Below are positions 1 through 10,605 of a stretch of 64,000 bases of DNA, in pieces. The notes beneath the pieces were generated by a model. The model had not been told where the DNA came from. It saw nothing but the letters and a program-made list of their open reading frames with translations, and did no database searches. Position 1 is the stretch's first letter, and each line of letters opens with the position of its first letter. A program made the position numbers and the translations under genes. The stretch spans positions 221,887 through 285,886 of the forward strand of contig NGFH01000002.1 in NCBI GenBank assembly GCA_002215675.1. The letters run 5' to 3'. The stretch is from Bacteroidetes bacterium 2013_40CM_41_45. GTDB lineage: Bacteria; Bacteroidota; Bacteroidia; AKYH767-A; 2013-40CM-41-45.

Positions 1-525
1 ATTGAGAAGCGGGTTAAACCAGTTTGACGAGGTGATTTCAATGGCAGGTGCAGCATTGAAGCGGTCGGCCTGAACCCATTCTGCGCGAATTTGAGAATTG
101 TAATCGGTAATGATCGAAGCAAGGTAACCCGTTCCCACAATGGCTTTCACCCCGTTGATGGCGTTAACGGCAAGGAAAATTTTCTGCTGGTTTTCCCTGA
201 CTAAATTTTTTTCAAACCCTTGTGGAATTTCAATTGCAATATCTGCCTTGTCGCGCTCAATTAATTGATAGGCATCTTTAAATGATGACGTATAGTCCGA
301 ATGAATAAAATACCCTGATGAAAATATTTTAGAAATAAATTTTTCTGAATACGATGAATGGTCGTGGTCAACAATAGCGAGAGAAATATTTTTCACTTCA
401 TAATTTGCCGCCCACGGAAAAATCAAAAGCTGTATAATAGGAACCATCAGGATTTGGCGCAGCAGGTTTTTATCACGGAAAACCTGGCGGAATTCTTTTT
501 GCAATAGAAAGCGGAGCGTCCTCAT
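1..525 (-). CDS. ABC-2 type transporter permease (partial, continues beyond window start)
   Basis: Reverse-strand translation from ATG (cat at 523-525) gives MRTLRFLLQKEFRQVFRDKNLLRQILMVPIIQLL..., paralogous to the N-terminus of the 522..1628 permease; ATGA start/stop overlap with upstream gene; no stop before position 1. Confidence 0.6.
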   Translation of the reverse strand, partial: MRTLRFLLQKEFRQVFRDKNLLRQILMVPIIQLLIFPWAANYEVKNISLAIVDHDHSSYSEKFISKIFSSGYFIHSDYTSSFKDAYQLIERDKADIAIEIPQGFEKNLVRENQQKIFLAVNAINGVKAIVGTGYLASIITDYNSQIRAEWVQADRFNAAPAIEITSSNWFNPLLN

Positions 526-1628
526 GCGAGCCGTATTTTAAATTTTCGTAAGCTCACCGTAAGGAAAAACAACATCATGCCTGTAAGAACCAGCGTCTCT
601 TTCCAGACTACAGAAATACCCGCTCCTTTTATCATAATAGATTTTACGATGATGAAAAACCATTTCGATGGAACAACATTGGAAATAATGCGCAGCGGCA
701 GCGGCATATTTTCTACGGGGAAAATAAAACCGCTCAGTAAAAGTGTCGGCAACATAGTAGCCATAAGCGAACCGAACATAGCCGTTTGCTGCGACTGCGC
801 CTGTATGGAAATAAGCAAGCCAATTGCCAGCGCGGTTACTACAAACAATAAACTTTCGGAATACAGAAGCAAAATGCTGCCCTTGATAGGCAGCTCAAGC
901 GCATAAACGCTTATAAGAAGGATGGAGGTGATGTTGAAAAAGGAAATCAGCAGGTAAGGGATGAATTTTGCGATGATAACCATAAGCGGTTTAAAAGGAG
1001 AAACCAAAAGAATTTCCATGGTACCTAATTCTTTTTCGCGCACAATAGAAATACTGGTCATCATCACGCAGATAAGGAGCATTATCATTGCCATGATTCC
1101 CGGAATGAATGTGTGCTCTCCTTTCAGCTCGGGATTATACAGCATTCTTATTTCGGGAGTAATAGTTAAAGGAATGGACGCATCCTTCATTAACTGCCGC
1201 TGGTAATCTGCGACAATAGCAGAAATATAATTCGTCAGCGTTGTTGCTGTGTTGATGTCCGAGGCATCCGCAATAATTTGTATCTGTGCTTTATGGAGGT
1301 GAAGTAAGTTCTCATTGAAATTTTCGGGAAAGAGAATGGCGAGTTTTATTTTTCCCGTTTTAAATGCTGCTTCAATTTCATCGTGGCTCTTGAGTGATTT
1401 TTCAACGTCAAAATATTTACTCGCCTCAATCTTCTCGGTGATTTGTTTTGTTGCAATGTCTTTAGAATAATCTGCCACAACGATTTTGGCATTCTTCACT
1501 TCATTAGTGAGCGCAAAACCAAACAGCGTAAGCTGAACAACAGGGAGGCCAAACAACAGCATCAACGTTTTCCTGTCGCGGAATACGTGAAGGAATTCTT
1601 TTTTTATGAAGGAGAAAAGTTGTTTCAT
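522..1628 (-). CDS. ABC-2 type transporter permease
   Basis: 368 aa, N-term MKQLFSFIKKEFLHVFRDRKTLMLLFGLPVVQL typical of ABC-2/YhhJ family permeases, multiple TM segments at C-terminus. Confidence 0.8.
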   Translation of the reverse strand: MKQLFSFIKKEFLHVFRDRKTLMLLFGLPVVQLTLFGFALTNEVKNAKIVVADYSKDIATKQITEKIEASKYFDVEKSLKSHDEIEAAFKTGKIKLAILFPENFNENLLHLHKAQIQIIADASDINTATTLTNYISAIVADYQRQLMKDASIPLTITPEIRMLYNPELKGEHTFIPGIMAMIMLLICVMMTSISIVREKELGTMEILLVSPFKPLMVIIAKFIPYLLISFFNITSILLISVYALELPIKGSILLLYSESLLFVVTALAIGLLISIQAQSQQTAMFGSLMATMLPTLLLSGFIFPVENMPLPLRIISNVVPSKWFFIIVKSIMIKGAGISVVWKETLVLTGMMLFFLTVSLRKFKIRLA

Positions 1629-1630
1629 CG

Positions 1631-2374
1631 TTAGTCCTCTTTTCTTTTTGCTTCCCTCGCCAATCCTTGAAATACTTCATCCATAGAAGAAGCGGAAAAA
1701 TGTTTTTTCAGGTTAGCCGGTGAATCAAGCGCACGGATATTTCCGTCTACCATGATAGAAACGCGGTGACAATATTCTGACTCATCCATATAATGTGTAG
1801 TGACAAATGCAGTAATGCCGGTATCAGCGGCTTGATAAATCAAGTCCCAGAATTGCCTGCGCGCTACCGGGTCGACACCGCTGGTAGGTTCATCGAGGAA
1901 AACAATTTTGGGCTGGTGAATAATGGCTACCAGGAAAGATAATTTTTGCTTCCACCCAAGCGGAAGAGAGCGGACTAATTTTTTTGCTGAATCATGCAGT
2001 CCCAATTGGTCCACCAGTTGCACGCTTTTTTCTTTTATCTCCTTATCCGTCAATCCATAAATGCCGGCATAGAAACCGATGTTCTCCATCACGGTCAGGT
2101 CTTCATAGAGAGAAAACTTCTGGCTCATGTAGCCGATATTTCTTTTTATATTTTCTGTTTGCTTGTACACATCATATCCCGCCACACTTGCAGTGCCCGA
2201 TGATGGAACCGATAAGCCGCAAAGCATCCTCATGGCTGTTGTTTTTCCTGCCCCATTTGCTCCGAGGAATCCGAAAATTTCTCCGGCACGAACATCAAAG
2301 GTGAGTTCGTTAGCAGCCACGAAATCGCCATATCGCTTCGTGAGCTTCTCTGCTTTTATTACCGTTGAATTCAT
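1631..2374 (-). CDS. ABC transporter ATP-binding protein
   Basis: Walker A GANGAGKTT, signature LSLGWKQKL, Walker B IVFLDEPTSGVD; 4-nt overlap with upstream ATPase gene. Confidence 0.9.
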   Translation of the reverse strand: MNSTVIKAEKLTKRYGDFVAANELTFDVRAGEIFGFLGANGAGKTTAMRMLCGLSVPSSGTASVAGYDVYKQTENIKRNIGYMSQKFSLYEDLTVMENIGFYAGIYGLTDKEIKEKSVQLVDQLGLHDSAKKLVRSLPLGWKQKLSFLVAIIHQPKIVFLDEPTSGVDPVARRQFWDLIYQAADTGITAFVTTHYMDESEYCHRVSIMVDGNIRALDSPANLKKHFSASSMDEVFQGLAREAKRKED

Positions 2375-3303
2375 GCTTCGCTCTTTTTTTCTTCAACCAT
2401 ATCGATAAAACAATCTTCAATGGCCGGCGTCACAGATTTTATCTCTACTCCCGTATGGCCTTTAGCTTGAAGATAGTTCAGAACTTCTTCTGTGTAATCT
2501 TTATCCCGCTCTTTAAAAGAGATGTGATGATATTCACCAAATGCGAAACAACTTCTCGTATGTTCGAAGGCCCGCAAATCATTCATCAGCTTGTACATTG
2601 CATCTGATTTAATGGCGAATAATTTTCCATGATATGATTTTACAATTCCTGAAGGTGTATCAACAGATAAAATTTTTCCTGACTGAATAAGCGCGATGCG
2701 GTCGCATAGCGTTGCTTCGTCCATGTAAGGTGTTGAAACCATAATGGTGATACCTTGCTGCTTCAATCGCTTCAGCATCTCCCAGAATTCTTTTCTCGAC
2801 ACGGCATCGACACCGGTCGTTGGCTCATCAAGAAAAAGAATAGATGGCTTGTGTATGAGAGCGCAGGAGAGTGCAAGCTTTTGCTTCATTCCACCCGACA
2901 ATTTTCCTGCCCTCCGTTTTTTAAATGGCTCAATTTGTATGTAAATATCTTTTATGAGCTCATAATTTTCTTCAATCGATGTTCCGAACACAGTGGCAAA
3001 AAAGCTCAGGTTTTCTTCAACGGTTAAATCCTGGTAGAGAGAAAATCTTCCCGGCATATAGCCAACATTGCCGCGAATGGTTTTGTAATCTTTAACTACA
3101 TCGTAACCTTCAACGGTTGCTGTTCCGCCATCGGGAAGTAAAAGCGTGGTGAGGATGCGAAAAATGCTTGACTTACCTGCGCCATCGGGGCCAATCAGTC
3201 CGAATAACTCACCCTTGCTGACCGACAGCGAAACATCATCAACGGCAACAACTTTTTCTTTGTCGTATTTCTTGGTGACATTATTTAATTCAACAGAGGT
3301 CAT
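2371..3303 (-). CDS. ABC transporter ATP-binding protein (second ATPase of the exporter)
   Basis: Walker A GPDGAGKSS, LSGGMKQKL signature, ILFLDEPTTGVD Walker B, extra C-terminal domain. Confidence 0.9.
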   Translation of the reverse strand: MTSVELNNVTKKYDKEKVVAVDDVSLSVSKGELFGLIGPDGAGKSSIFRILTTLLLPDGGTATVEGYDVVKDYKTIRGNVGYMPGRFSLYQDLTVEENLSFFATVFGTSIEENYELIKDIYIQIEPFKKRRAGKLSGGMKQKLALSCALIHKPSILFLDEPTTGVDAVSRKEFWEMLKRLKQQGITIMVSTPYMDEATLCDRIALIQSGKILSVDTPSGIVKSYHGKLFAIKSDAMYKLMNDLRAFEHTRSCFAFGEYHHISFKERDKDYTEEVLNYLQAKGHTGVEIKSVTPAIEDCFIDMVEEKKSEA

Positions 3304-3326
3304 AGTTGATAGCCGGCAGCCGTGGG

Positions 3327-4226
3327 CTATTGGCTGAATTTCACTTCTCCATACATACCTATTTTCAAAGCGCCATCGTTAGGAGTTTTTATTTTAATGG
3401 CGTAGACAAGATTCGCTCTCTCTTCTTTTGTCTGAATCGTTTTCGGAGTGAACTCTGCCTTGTCGCTAACCCATGAAATGGTTCCCTCATGCTCTTTATA
3501 TTTATCAGCGCCATCGTCTGTAAGCACTTTTACTTTTTGCGCAAGCTTGATTTGCGCAAGCTGGTCGCCCGTTATGTAAGCTCGCAGAAAAAGAAAAGAC
3601 AAATCGGCAATTTTGTAGAGAGGCTTTCCGGGTGCCGCTACTTCTTTTGCTTCAGCATATTTAGTTAGCACCGTTCCGTTTACAGGATTTATAATCCGGC
3701 ATTTTGCGAGCTGGTCGTTCACCTGTTCCATCTGAACTTTAATCGGTGCTGTTTGCTCGATTATGATGCGCTCTGAAACTCCAAATGATGATAGTTGCGC
3801 AGCGATTTGTTTTTTCAGCACTTCAACCTGGGCATTGATATCATCCATCTGCTTCTGTGTTCCTGCTCCTTCTTTTCGAAGATTAATGTAGCGCTCCTGA
3901 TCGTGTTCGGCAGTTTTTAATTGCTCCTGCAGTGCGGCAATTTGTGCAGGGATATCCGGCCTTCCGCTCAGGATGGCTTTGATTTGTTCCTCGAGTTGTT
4001 TTTTCTTCAGGTACAGTTGAACGCTGTCAATATATCCAACGACTTGCCCCGACTGCAAAACTTGTCCCTCTTCAATATCAAATTGCATGATGGTGCCGGC
4101 AACTTCAGAGGAAATAATGGTCTCCTCTGTTTCGAACGAACCTGATGCATCAAATTTTTTTTTGTTGCTATTGCATGATGCTGTTACAAGTAGTGTAAAA
4201 AGAATCAGCAGTTGATATTTTTTCAT
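3327..4226 (-). CDS. HlyD-family membrane fusion protein (lipoprotein) of the ABC exporter
   Basis: Lipoprotein-type signal MKKYQLLILFTLLVTASC, coiled-coil middle, biotin-lipoyl-like ends; ORF-track start at 4259 is a TTG extension, ATG at 4226 preferred. Confidence 0.75.
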   Translation of the reverse strand: MKKYQLLILFTLLVTASCNSNKKKFDASGSFETEETIISSEVAGTIMQFDIEEGQVLQSGQVVGYIDSVQLYLKKKQLEEQIKAILSGRPDIPAQIAALQEQLKTAEHDQERYINLRKEGAGTQKQMDDINAQVEVLKKQIAAQLSSFGVSERIIIEQTAPIKVQMEQVNDQLAKCRIINPVNGTVLTKYAEAKEVAAPGKPLYKIADLSFLFLRAYITGDQLAQIKLAQKVKVLTDDGADKYKEHEGTISWVSDKAEFTPKTIQTKEERANLVYAIKIKTPNDGALKIGMYGEVKFSQ

Positions 4227-4263
4227 AAGATTGACGTAATTCAAGAATGTAAAATTCAAAAAA

Positions 4264-4629
4264 TTATTTTCCTGTATTTACTTTTCCAATTATTCCGAGG
4301 TGAGTATGGTGAAAACTGTCGGAATATTTTAATCCGTATCCAAATATTCTGTCGAATGATGAATGAGCAAACAGTAAAATGCCTGCAAATTGCAGCTGCG
4401 GTATCGAAAAATAAATTCCGGAGAGATAAATAAGTATAGCCAGCCCCTTGTGGTGCGCAATATTATACATGGCCGCTCCCGTTTTAGAATTAACAAGGTA
4501 GCCAATCATTCCTGAATCGGGCGTGAAAAATAAAATAGCGAACCATGTCCACGAAAAGTTTTCTTGCTTAAAAAGAAAAAGCGATAATGCTAACATCATC
4601 GCCTCTTCAAGTTTTAGTGTGGTTTTCAT
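4264..4629 (-). CDS. small integral membrane protein (DUF4260-like), function unknown
   Basis: 121 aa, 3-4 hydrophobic segments, sits between RND pump and HlyD in same orientation. Confidence 0.4.
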   Translation of the reverse strand: MKTTLKLEEAMMLALSLFLFKQENFSWTWFAILFFTPDSGMIGYLVNSKTGAAMYNIAHHKGLAILIYLSGIYFSIPQLQFAGILLFAHSSFDRIFGYGLKYSDSFHHTHLGIIGKVNTGK

Positions 4630-7600
4630 TTATATCGTTGCTGTTACCAACTCTCCAACCGGTTTTGGAAGCACACCGATATCAATGGGCCTTCCTCGCC
4701 ATTTGCGTATCTGGTTTTTAATTCTTTCGCTCAGCAAGTACATAACAGGAACAAGAATAAGTGTGAGGAATGTTGCAAAGCCCAATCCGAAAATCATGGT
4801 CCATGAAAGCGGCCCCCAGAATGCCGTCATGTCACCACCTAAATAAATATGGGGATTGAGATGGGTGAAGAGCGAATTGAAATCAATATTCAGCCCGATA
4901 GCTAGAGGAATAAGTCCGAGTATAGTGGCACACGCAGTTAGAATTACCGGGGTCATCCTGATTCTTCCCGCTTCAACAATAGCATCAAAAACCGGAACAC
5001 CGCGTGCGCGAAGTTCATCCGTGAATTCAACCAGGAGTATTCCGTTTCTCACCACGATTCCCGCCAGGGCAATGATTCCCACCATGCACATAATGCTTGA
5101 AACTTCCATTTTGAAAATAGAAAATCCTAAAAGAAAACCTATGATGCTGAAAAATATTTCCGTAAGAATAATCAGCGGTTTGGAGAACGAGTTGAACTGG
5201 ATAACAAGAATCAGGATGATGATAAGTATGCTCGCCATAAGAGCCCAGTTGAGAAATGCCTGGTCTTCCGCCTGTGCTTCCTGTTCGCCCGTCATGCTTA
5301 TGCCTACAGTGGGAGGCACCTGGAAATCTTTTATACTTTTCTGAACCTCATTAACGATTTCAAATTTCTTTGCCTCATCGGTAACATTAGATGATATGGT
5401 AACCACGCGCTTCTGGTTTTTTCTTTTGATAATTCCATACGTATTGTCGTATTTAATGTCAGCAAACGAAGCAAGCGGAACATTACGCACCATTCCGTTC
5501 ATTGCCATGTCGCGGTAAAGTATTTTCAGATTCCTGAGCATGTCAACATTATAGCGCTGGTCTTCGCGGTAGCGAACCATTATTTTATAATCGTCATTCA
5601 CGTCGCGGTATTTAGATGCTTCCCAGCCCAGCACCGCTGCTTGTATCTCGCGGCCAATTTGCGTTGTGCTGATGGCTTCACGGTTGGCGCGTTCGCGGTC
5701 AATGTCAAAAGTTACCTGCGGTTTTTTGTCTTGCAAGTCGCTGCGCAATTCTTCCACGCCCTCAATGTGGAGGGAGTCCAAATAGCGTTTCATATTTTTA
5801 CTCACGGCAACTAATTCTTCGTAATTGTCTCCGCTTATTTCAATGTTGATAGGCTTGCCTACCGGCGGGCCGCCTTGTTCCTGGCTCACCGTAATTTCAG
5901 CGCCCGGAACGGAACCGCGCACTGCTTCGCGGATTTTATCAAGATATTCTACAGTGGATGCGCCATTACGTTTTCCATACTCCACAAATGCAACCTGTAT
6001 TTTACTCTTGTTGGGATACGAACCCTGGTCTTCGTCCTGGGGGTCAGTAACGCCAACAGTTACGTTAGTGATGACGGATTTCACCAGCTTGTTTGGCCAA
6101 TCAATCGCTTTGTAAACTTTCGCTTCAATAATTTTTGTAACCGAATCGGTATACGCCTGGTCAGTTCCAACAGGCAGCGATGTAAATACAAAAACAAAAT
6201 TCGGATCGGCCTGCGGGAAGTAGGAGATAGGGCCATGGCGGAATGCAAAGAGCACTATGGAAAAGAAAAGTACTGCTACCGTCCCCATTACCATTTGCCA
6301 TGGGCGGTGCAGGCACCAGGTAACGAGATTGCGATACCGGTTCTGAACCTTTGGCCACGTTTCATTCTTAAATTTTTCAATACGGTGTCTCAGCCAATAG
6401 CGGTTGAGCAGGTTGAGCAGCAGCATGAGTATAGCAAAGTTTCCGAAACCGAAATTGCCGCTTATATAACTCAGTACAATCACAACTCCGAAAATAATAA
6501 GTGACATCTTTAATCCTTTCTTAGGGTCGTACTTATCTTTTTCTGTATGCGGTTTCATGAATCGTACGGCAAATACAGGATTAATAATGTATGCCACAAT
6601 CAACGAGGCAGACAGCGTAATGATTAATGTTACGGGAAGGAAAAACATAAATTTTCCCATCACGCCTTTCCAGAAAAGGAGAGGGAAAAACGGGGCGATG
6701 GTGGTCAAGGTACCGCTAAGTACCGGAGCAAAAACTTCTCCTGCGGCCATCTTAGCCGACTCCATGATGCTTCTGTTTCCGGTGGAGAAAATACGATGCG
6801 TGTTTTCAATTACCACTATGGCATCATCCACAACAATACCTAGTGCCATCAGGAATGAGAATAATACAATCATGTTCAGCGTAAACCCTACGGTGGGCAG
6901 CAGCATGAATGCGAGGCACATGGAAAGCGGAACGGACATAGCAACGAAAAACGCATTGGCAATGCCCATAAAAAACATGAGCACAACAAACACGAGAATA
7001 AAACCTATAATAATGGTGTTGATTAAATCGTGAAGCATGTTGCGGGTCATTTCGCTCTGGTCACCGGTGAGGGTAACCTGTAAATCTTTAGGCCATGCGT
7101 TCGCTTTCAGATCATCTACGAGTGCAACAATTTTATCGGAAGCGTTAATCAGGTTTTCTCCTTTGCGTTTTATAATACTCAGGGTGATAACATTTTTATG
7201 GTCGAGACGCGCATACGATTCCTGCTCTTTGTGCGAATCAACAACCTCGGCAATATCCTTGAGATAAACCGGTTTTCCTTCTATAGAATTGATAACGATA
7301 TTACCGATAAGTTCCGGTGATTTGAATTCTCCTGTTACGCTTAACGAGCGCCTTACTCCATTCATGTTCACTGTACCGCCGGGTATGGTTGCATTCTCGC
7401 TTTTCACAGCATTGTAAATATCGTACATGGAAAGCCCGGCTGCCTGCATCTTAAGCATATCCACATTGACTTGTATTTCGCGCTCCAGCGCACCAATCAT
7501 ATCTATCTGCTTCACTTCGCGCATGGCCTCCAGCTTTTCTTTCGCTTCGTCGGCATACTTTTTCAGCTTGGCTAAATCATAATTACCGGCAATGTTCACG

Positions 7601-8046
7601 TACATCACAGGCAAGTCGGCAAAATTGATGTCTATAATTTGCGGGTCGTTGGGTAAGTCCTGCGGAAGGTCGCTCTTGGCGCGGTCAACAGCATCTTTCA
7701 CCTTCGCTTTAGCATCCTCAATTTTTACATCGCTGTTAAACTCAACAATCACATTGCAATAATCCTGCAGCGAATTGCTTTTTAGTTTTTTTACTCCTGC
7801 AATGCTCTTGCATTGTTTTTCAATAGGGCGTACCACAAGGTTTTCCATATCCTTCGGAGATGTGCCCGGGTAAAGAACACTCACATAAATATTCGGAAGC
7901 GAGATATCAGGGAAACTTTCCTTCGGCAGGTTGTTGTACGTCTGCAACCCGGCAATGATGAGAATAAAAGTGAGAATGAAAATAGCCGTGCGGTTATTGA
8001 TGGCCCACGTACTGGGTTTGAATTCTTTTTTTATTTCGTTGTTCAT
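4630..8046 (-). CDS. RND efflux transporter, AcrB/CzcA family
   Basis: 1138 aa, 12-TM RND architecture, N-term MNNEIKKEFKPSTWAINNRTAIFILTFILIIAG typical of HAE1 family. Confidence 0.9.
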   Translation of the reverse strand: MNNEIKKEFKPSTWAINNRTAIFILTFILIIAGLQTYNNLPKESFPDISLPNIYVSVLYPGTSPKDMENLVVRPIEKQCKSIAGVKKLKSNSLQDYCNVIVEFNSDVKIEDAKAKVKDAVDRAKSDLPQDLPNDPQIIDINFADLPVMYVNIAGNYDLAKLKKYADEAKEKLEAMREVKQIDMIGALEREIQVNVDMLKMQAAGLSMYDIYNAVKSENATIPGGTVNMNGVRRSLSVTGEFKSPELIGNIVINSIEGKPVYLKDIAEVVDSHKEQESYARLDHKNVITLSIIKRKGENLINASDKIVALVDDLKANAWPKDLQVTLTGDQSEMTRNMLHDLINTIIIGFILVFVVLMFFMGIANAFFVAMSVPLSMCLAFMLLPTVGFTLNMIVLFSFLMALGIVVDDAIVVIENTHRIFSTGNRSIMESAKMAAGEVFAPVLSGTLTTIAPFFPLLFWKGVMGKFMFFLPVTLIITLSASLIVAYIINPVFAVRFMKPHTEKDKYDPKKGLKMSLIIFGVVIVLSYISGNFGFGNFAILMLLLNLLNRYWLRHRIEKFKNETWPKVQNRYRNLVTWCLHRPWQMVMGTVAVLFFSIVLFAFRHGPISYFPQADPNFVFVFTSLPVGTDQAYTDSVTKIIEAKVYKAIDWPNKLVKSVITNVTVGVTDPQDEDQGSYPNKSKIQVAFVEYGKRNGASTVEYLDKIREAVRGSVPGAEITVSQEQGGPPVGKPINIEISGDNYEELVAVSKNMKRYLDSLHIEGVEELRSDLQDKKPQVTFDIDRERANREAISTTQIGREIQAAVLGWEASKYRDVNDDYKIMVRYREDQRYNVDMLRNLKILYRDMAMNGMVRNVPLASFADIKYDNTYGIIKRKNQKRVVTISSNVTDEAKKFEIVNEVQKSIKDFQVPPTVGISMTGEQEAQAEDQAFLNWALMASILIIILILVIQFNSFSKPLIILTEIFFSIIGFLLGFSIFKMEVSSIMCMVGIIALAGIVVRNGILLVEFTDELRARGVPVFDAIVEAGRIRMTPVILTACATILGLIPLAIGLNIDFNSLFTHLNPHIYLGGDMTAFWGPLSWTMIFGLGFATFLTLILVPVMYLLSERIKNQIRKWRGRPIDIGVLPKPVGELVTATI

Positions 8047-8095
8047 GGTATTCGTTATTCGTTATGTTACTAAAAGCCAATAGCCAATAGCTACT

Positions 8096-9235
8096 TTACA
8101 ACTTTATCACATCTCCGTCAATCACATTCTGATAACCAATCGTAATCACTTTGTCTCCCGGAGAAAGGCCGCTGCGGATTTCAGCCAAACCATTGTATGT
8201 CATGCCGGATGAAACTGTTTTTCTCTTAGCCACTGTCTTTCCGTTTTCATTGCTGGCGATATAAACAAATTCACCATCACTCGATTTCTGAACGGCACCG
8301 ACAGGAACCACATAGACATTAGGAGCTGCATAGTCGGCAATTTTCAAAACGGCAACCTGGTTGGGATGAAATTCACCGTCCTTAGGGTTTAGCCTGACTT
8401 CAACATTAAATGTTCTGTTCAGCGGGTTGATGGCTTGTCCTGAATATGTAAGCTTAGTCTTTACTTCTTTCGTTAGGTCGGGAAAATAAATTACCGCATC
8501 GCACCCGCTTTTCACCTTGCTGATATATGATTCAGCAACTTCTGCTTTCACTTTCATGCTGGAAAGATTCACAACACGCATAGACTGAAATCCAGGGGCA
8601 ACAGAAGAACCGATTTTTATATTTACAACATCTACCGTTCCATTAATAGGCGACTTAATCCGCGTCATATCCCACTGCTCCTGGAGTGAAGCATATTGCT
8701 TTTCCATGGATTCCTTTTGTGTTTTCGCCTGTATAAACTGAACTTCGCTCCCTATTTTCTGGTCCCACAAATTTTTCTGGCGGTTGAACATGGTAACAGC
8801 CATGTCCATCTGCGCCTGCATCGATTCGAGTTGCTGGTGAATGGCGCGGTCGTCAAGCGTGGCAAGCACCTGTCCTTTCGAAACTTTGTCTCCCGGTTTC
8901 ACAAGAACTGCAGTTACTGTGCCGGGCATTTCTGCACTGAGGGTTACGTCTTCATCGCCATCTACTTTCGCCTGCACTTCTATAAAGTGAATGAATGTTT
9001 GCGGTAGCATTTCGGTTGCCGAAACAATTTTTGACTTGTCGTTTTTCTTTGACGTGTCGTTTTTGGCAATGTCATCTTCCAGCCTTGTAATTTTGTCTTT
9101 CAGTTCTGCCTGTTCTTTTTTCAGCGCATCGAGCTCTGAACGTTTGTCGCCGGCCGGAGATTGATTGCACGAAATAACCGTTGCTCCGATGAGAATGAAT
9201 GCCAGGGAATTTTTAATCATGAACGTTGTTTTCAT
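8096..9235 (-). CDS. efflux RND periplasmic adaptor subunit (MFP)
   Basis: 379 aa lipoprotein signal (..ISCNQS), coiled coil, beta-barrel/MP domains; directly downstream of TolC and upstream of RND. Confidence 0.85.
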   Translation of the reverse strand: MKTTFMIKNSLAFILIGATVISCNQSPAGDKRSELDALKKEQAELKDKITRLEDDIAKNDTSKKNDKSKIVSATEMLPQTFIHFIEVQAKVDGDEDVTLSAEMPGTVTAVLVKPGDKVSKGQVLATLDDRAIHQQLESMQAQMDMAVTMFNRQKNLWDQKIGSEVQFIQAKTQKESMEKQYASLQEQWDMTRIKSPINGTVDVVNIKIGSSVAPGFQSMRVVNLSSMKVKAEVAESYISKVKSGCDAVIYFPDLTKEVKTKLTYSGQAINPLNRTFNVEVRLNPKDGEFHPNQVAVLKIADYAAPNVYVVPVGAVQKSSDGEFVYIASNENGKTVAKRKTVSSGMTYNGLAEIRSGLSPGDKVITIGYQNVIDGDVIKL

Positions 9236-9268
9236 TTTTCTTTTTTCGTTATGTGGTTTTTCAAATAA

Positions 9269-10600
9269 TTATTTAATGTTTCCGAGCGCTTTATCCAGGT
9301 CAACCTTTGCGACAAGCGCATCATAGAGTGCACTGTAATAATTGGTTTGTGCCTCGCGCAAGGATGTTTCTGCGGTAATCACTTCGAGATTGCTGCCAAC
9401 ACCCTGGTCGTATTTTAATTTTGAAACACGTACCACTTCATTGGCTAAATCAAGATTTTCTTTTTGAGTGTTGAGCGATGCAAGAGAATTCAAAAGTTGG
9501 GTCCGGTTTGTTTCCGCTTCAAGTGAAAGTGCGTTCGATGTATTCATCAAATCATTTTCCGTTTTCTGAAGACTCATTTTTGCCTGCTGAATTTTTTTCT
9601 CCCGCTGCAAGCCGTCAAAAAGAGACCATGTAAGAGTAGCCCCTACGAAACCCGTAGGATACCATTTTTCACCTGTATCAAAAATATTAAACTTAGGGCG
9701 CTGTTCCGTGGTAAAAAGGGTACCATACAGCACCAAACTTGGCAGATAATTAGACTTGTATCTTTTCACGTCAAGCGACATGAGGCGTTTTTGAGTTTGC
9801 AGAAGAGAATACTCAACACGCTTGGTCACGTCCGCTTTCTCCGCGCTTACACTTATGTTCCGGATTTGCTCATCGCTCAGGGAATCTGAAAGTGTGACGG
9901 AAGAATTAATATCCATTCCCATTTGGAATTTCAGGTAATAATCGCTCAGCTTCATCAGCCGGGTCACATTCTCACGCTCGGTGTTTATGTTGTTATAGGC
10001 AAGAGCAACCCTGTCATGGTCAATTTTCTCCACGAAACCGTTATCGTACAATGCTTTAGTGTCGTCTCTAAGTTTTTGCACTCTCGTCACATTGGCATCG
10101 AGCAATTTCATACGCTCGCGGTTTACCAGTACGCTGTAATATGCCCTGCTTACTGATACGGCAATATCAATTTTAGTCCGCGCCATATTTTTTTGCGAAA
10201 GCTCTCTGTATGTTTTTGCTGCCTGTAATCCCACCAAATAAGTCCCATCAAAAAGAAGTTGACTTGCCTGCACCCCGGCAGTTGCACTATAAGAAGGTGT
10301 TGTAATCGGGAACCCGACAAATGTTCCCGGCTCACCTCCGGCAAATGCCCCGGGAAAAAGATAGTTCAGCGTAAAATAATCTTTTGCATCAAAGCTTGCG
10401 CTTACCTGGGGCAAACCTATGCCGGCAGTTTCTTTCACCTTAGCATTTGCAATTTTCTCATCAAGCTGTGCATTCAGAGCAGAAGACTGATGCTGGTATG
10501 CATATTCAATCGCTTGCTGAAGGGTAAATGATGAATTCTCTTGCGCCCCAACCGAAAGCTGAAGTATAAGGAAAACCAGGAGTGGAAATATTTTTTTCAT
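9269..10600 (-). CDS. TolC-family outer membrane efflux protein
   Basis: 443 aa, signal peptide, two repeated alpha/beta-barrel halves (LQQAIEYAYQH.., LREAQTNYYSALYD..). Confidence 0.85.
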   Translation of the reverse strand: MKKIFPLLVFLILQLSVGAQENSSFTLQQAIEYAYQHQSSALNAQLDEKIANAKVKETAGIGLPQVSASFDAKDYFTLNYLFPGAFAGGEPGTFVGFPITTPSYSATAGVQASQLLFDGTYLVGLQAAKTYRELSQKNMARTKIDIAVSVSRAYYSVLVNRERMKLLDANVTRVQKLRDDTKALYDNGFVEKIDHDRVALAYNNINTERENVTRLMKLSDYYLKFQMGMDINSSVTLSDSLSDEQIRNISVSAEKADVTKRVEYSLLQTQKRLMSLDVKRYKSNYLPSLVLYGTLFTTEQRPKFNIFDTGEKWYPTGFVGATLTWSLFDGLQREKKIQQAKMSLQKTENDLMNTSNALSLEAETNRTQLLNSLASLNTQKENLDLANEVVRVSKLKYDQGVGSNLEVITAETSLREAQTNYYSALYDALVAKVDLDKALGNIK

Positions 10601-10605
10601 AAAAT

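Noticed and set aside
4226-4259. Longer N-terminal extensions offered by the ORF track (for example HlyD from 4259, porV from 44288)
   Set aside because: Those first codons are TTG on the sequence; an in-frame ATG just downstream begins a canonical lipoprotein or signal peptide, so the shorter forms were reported.
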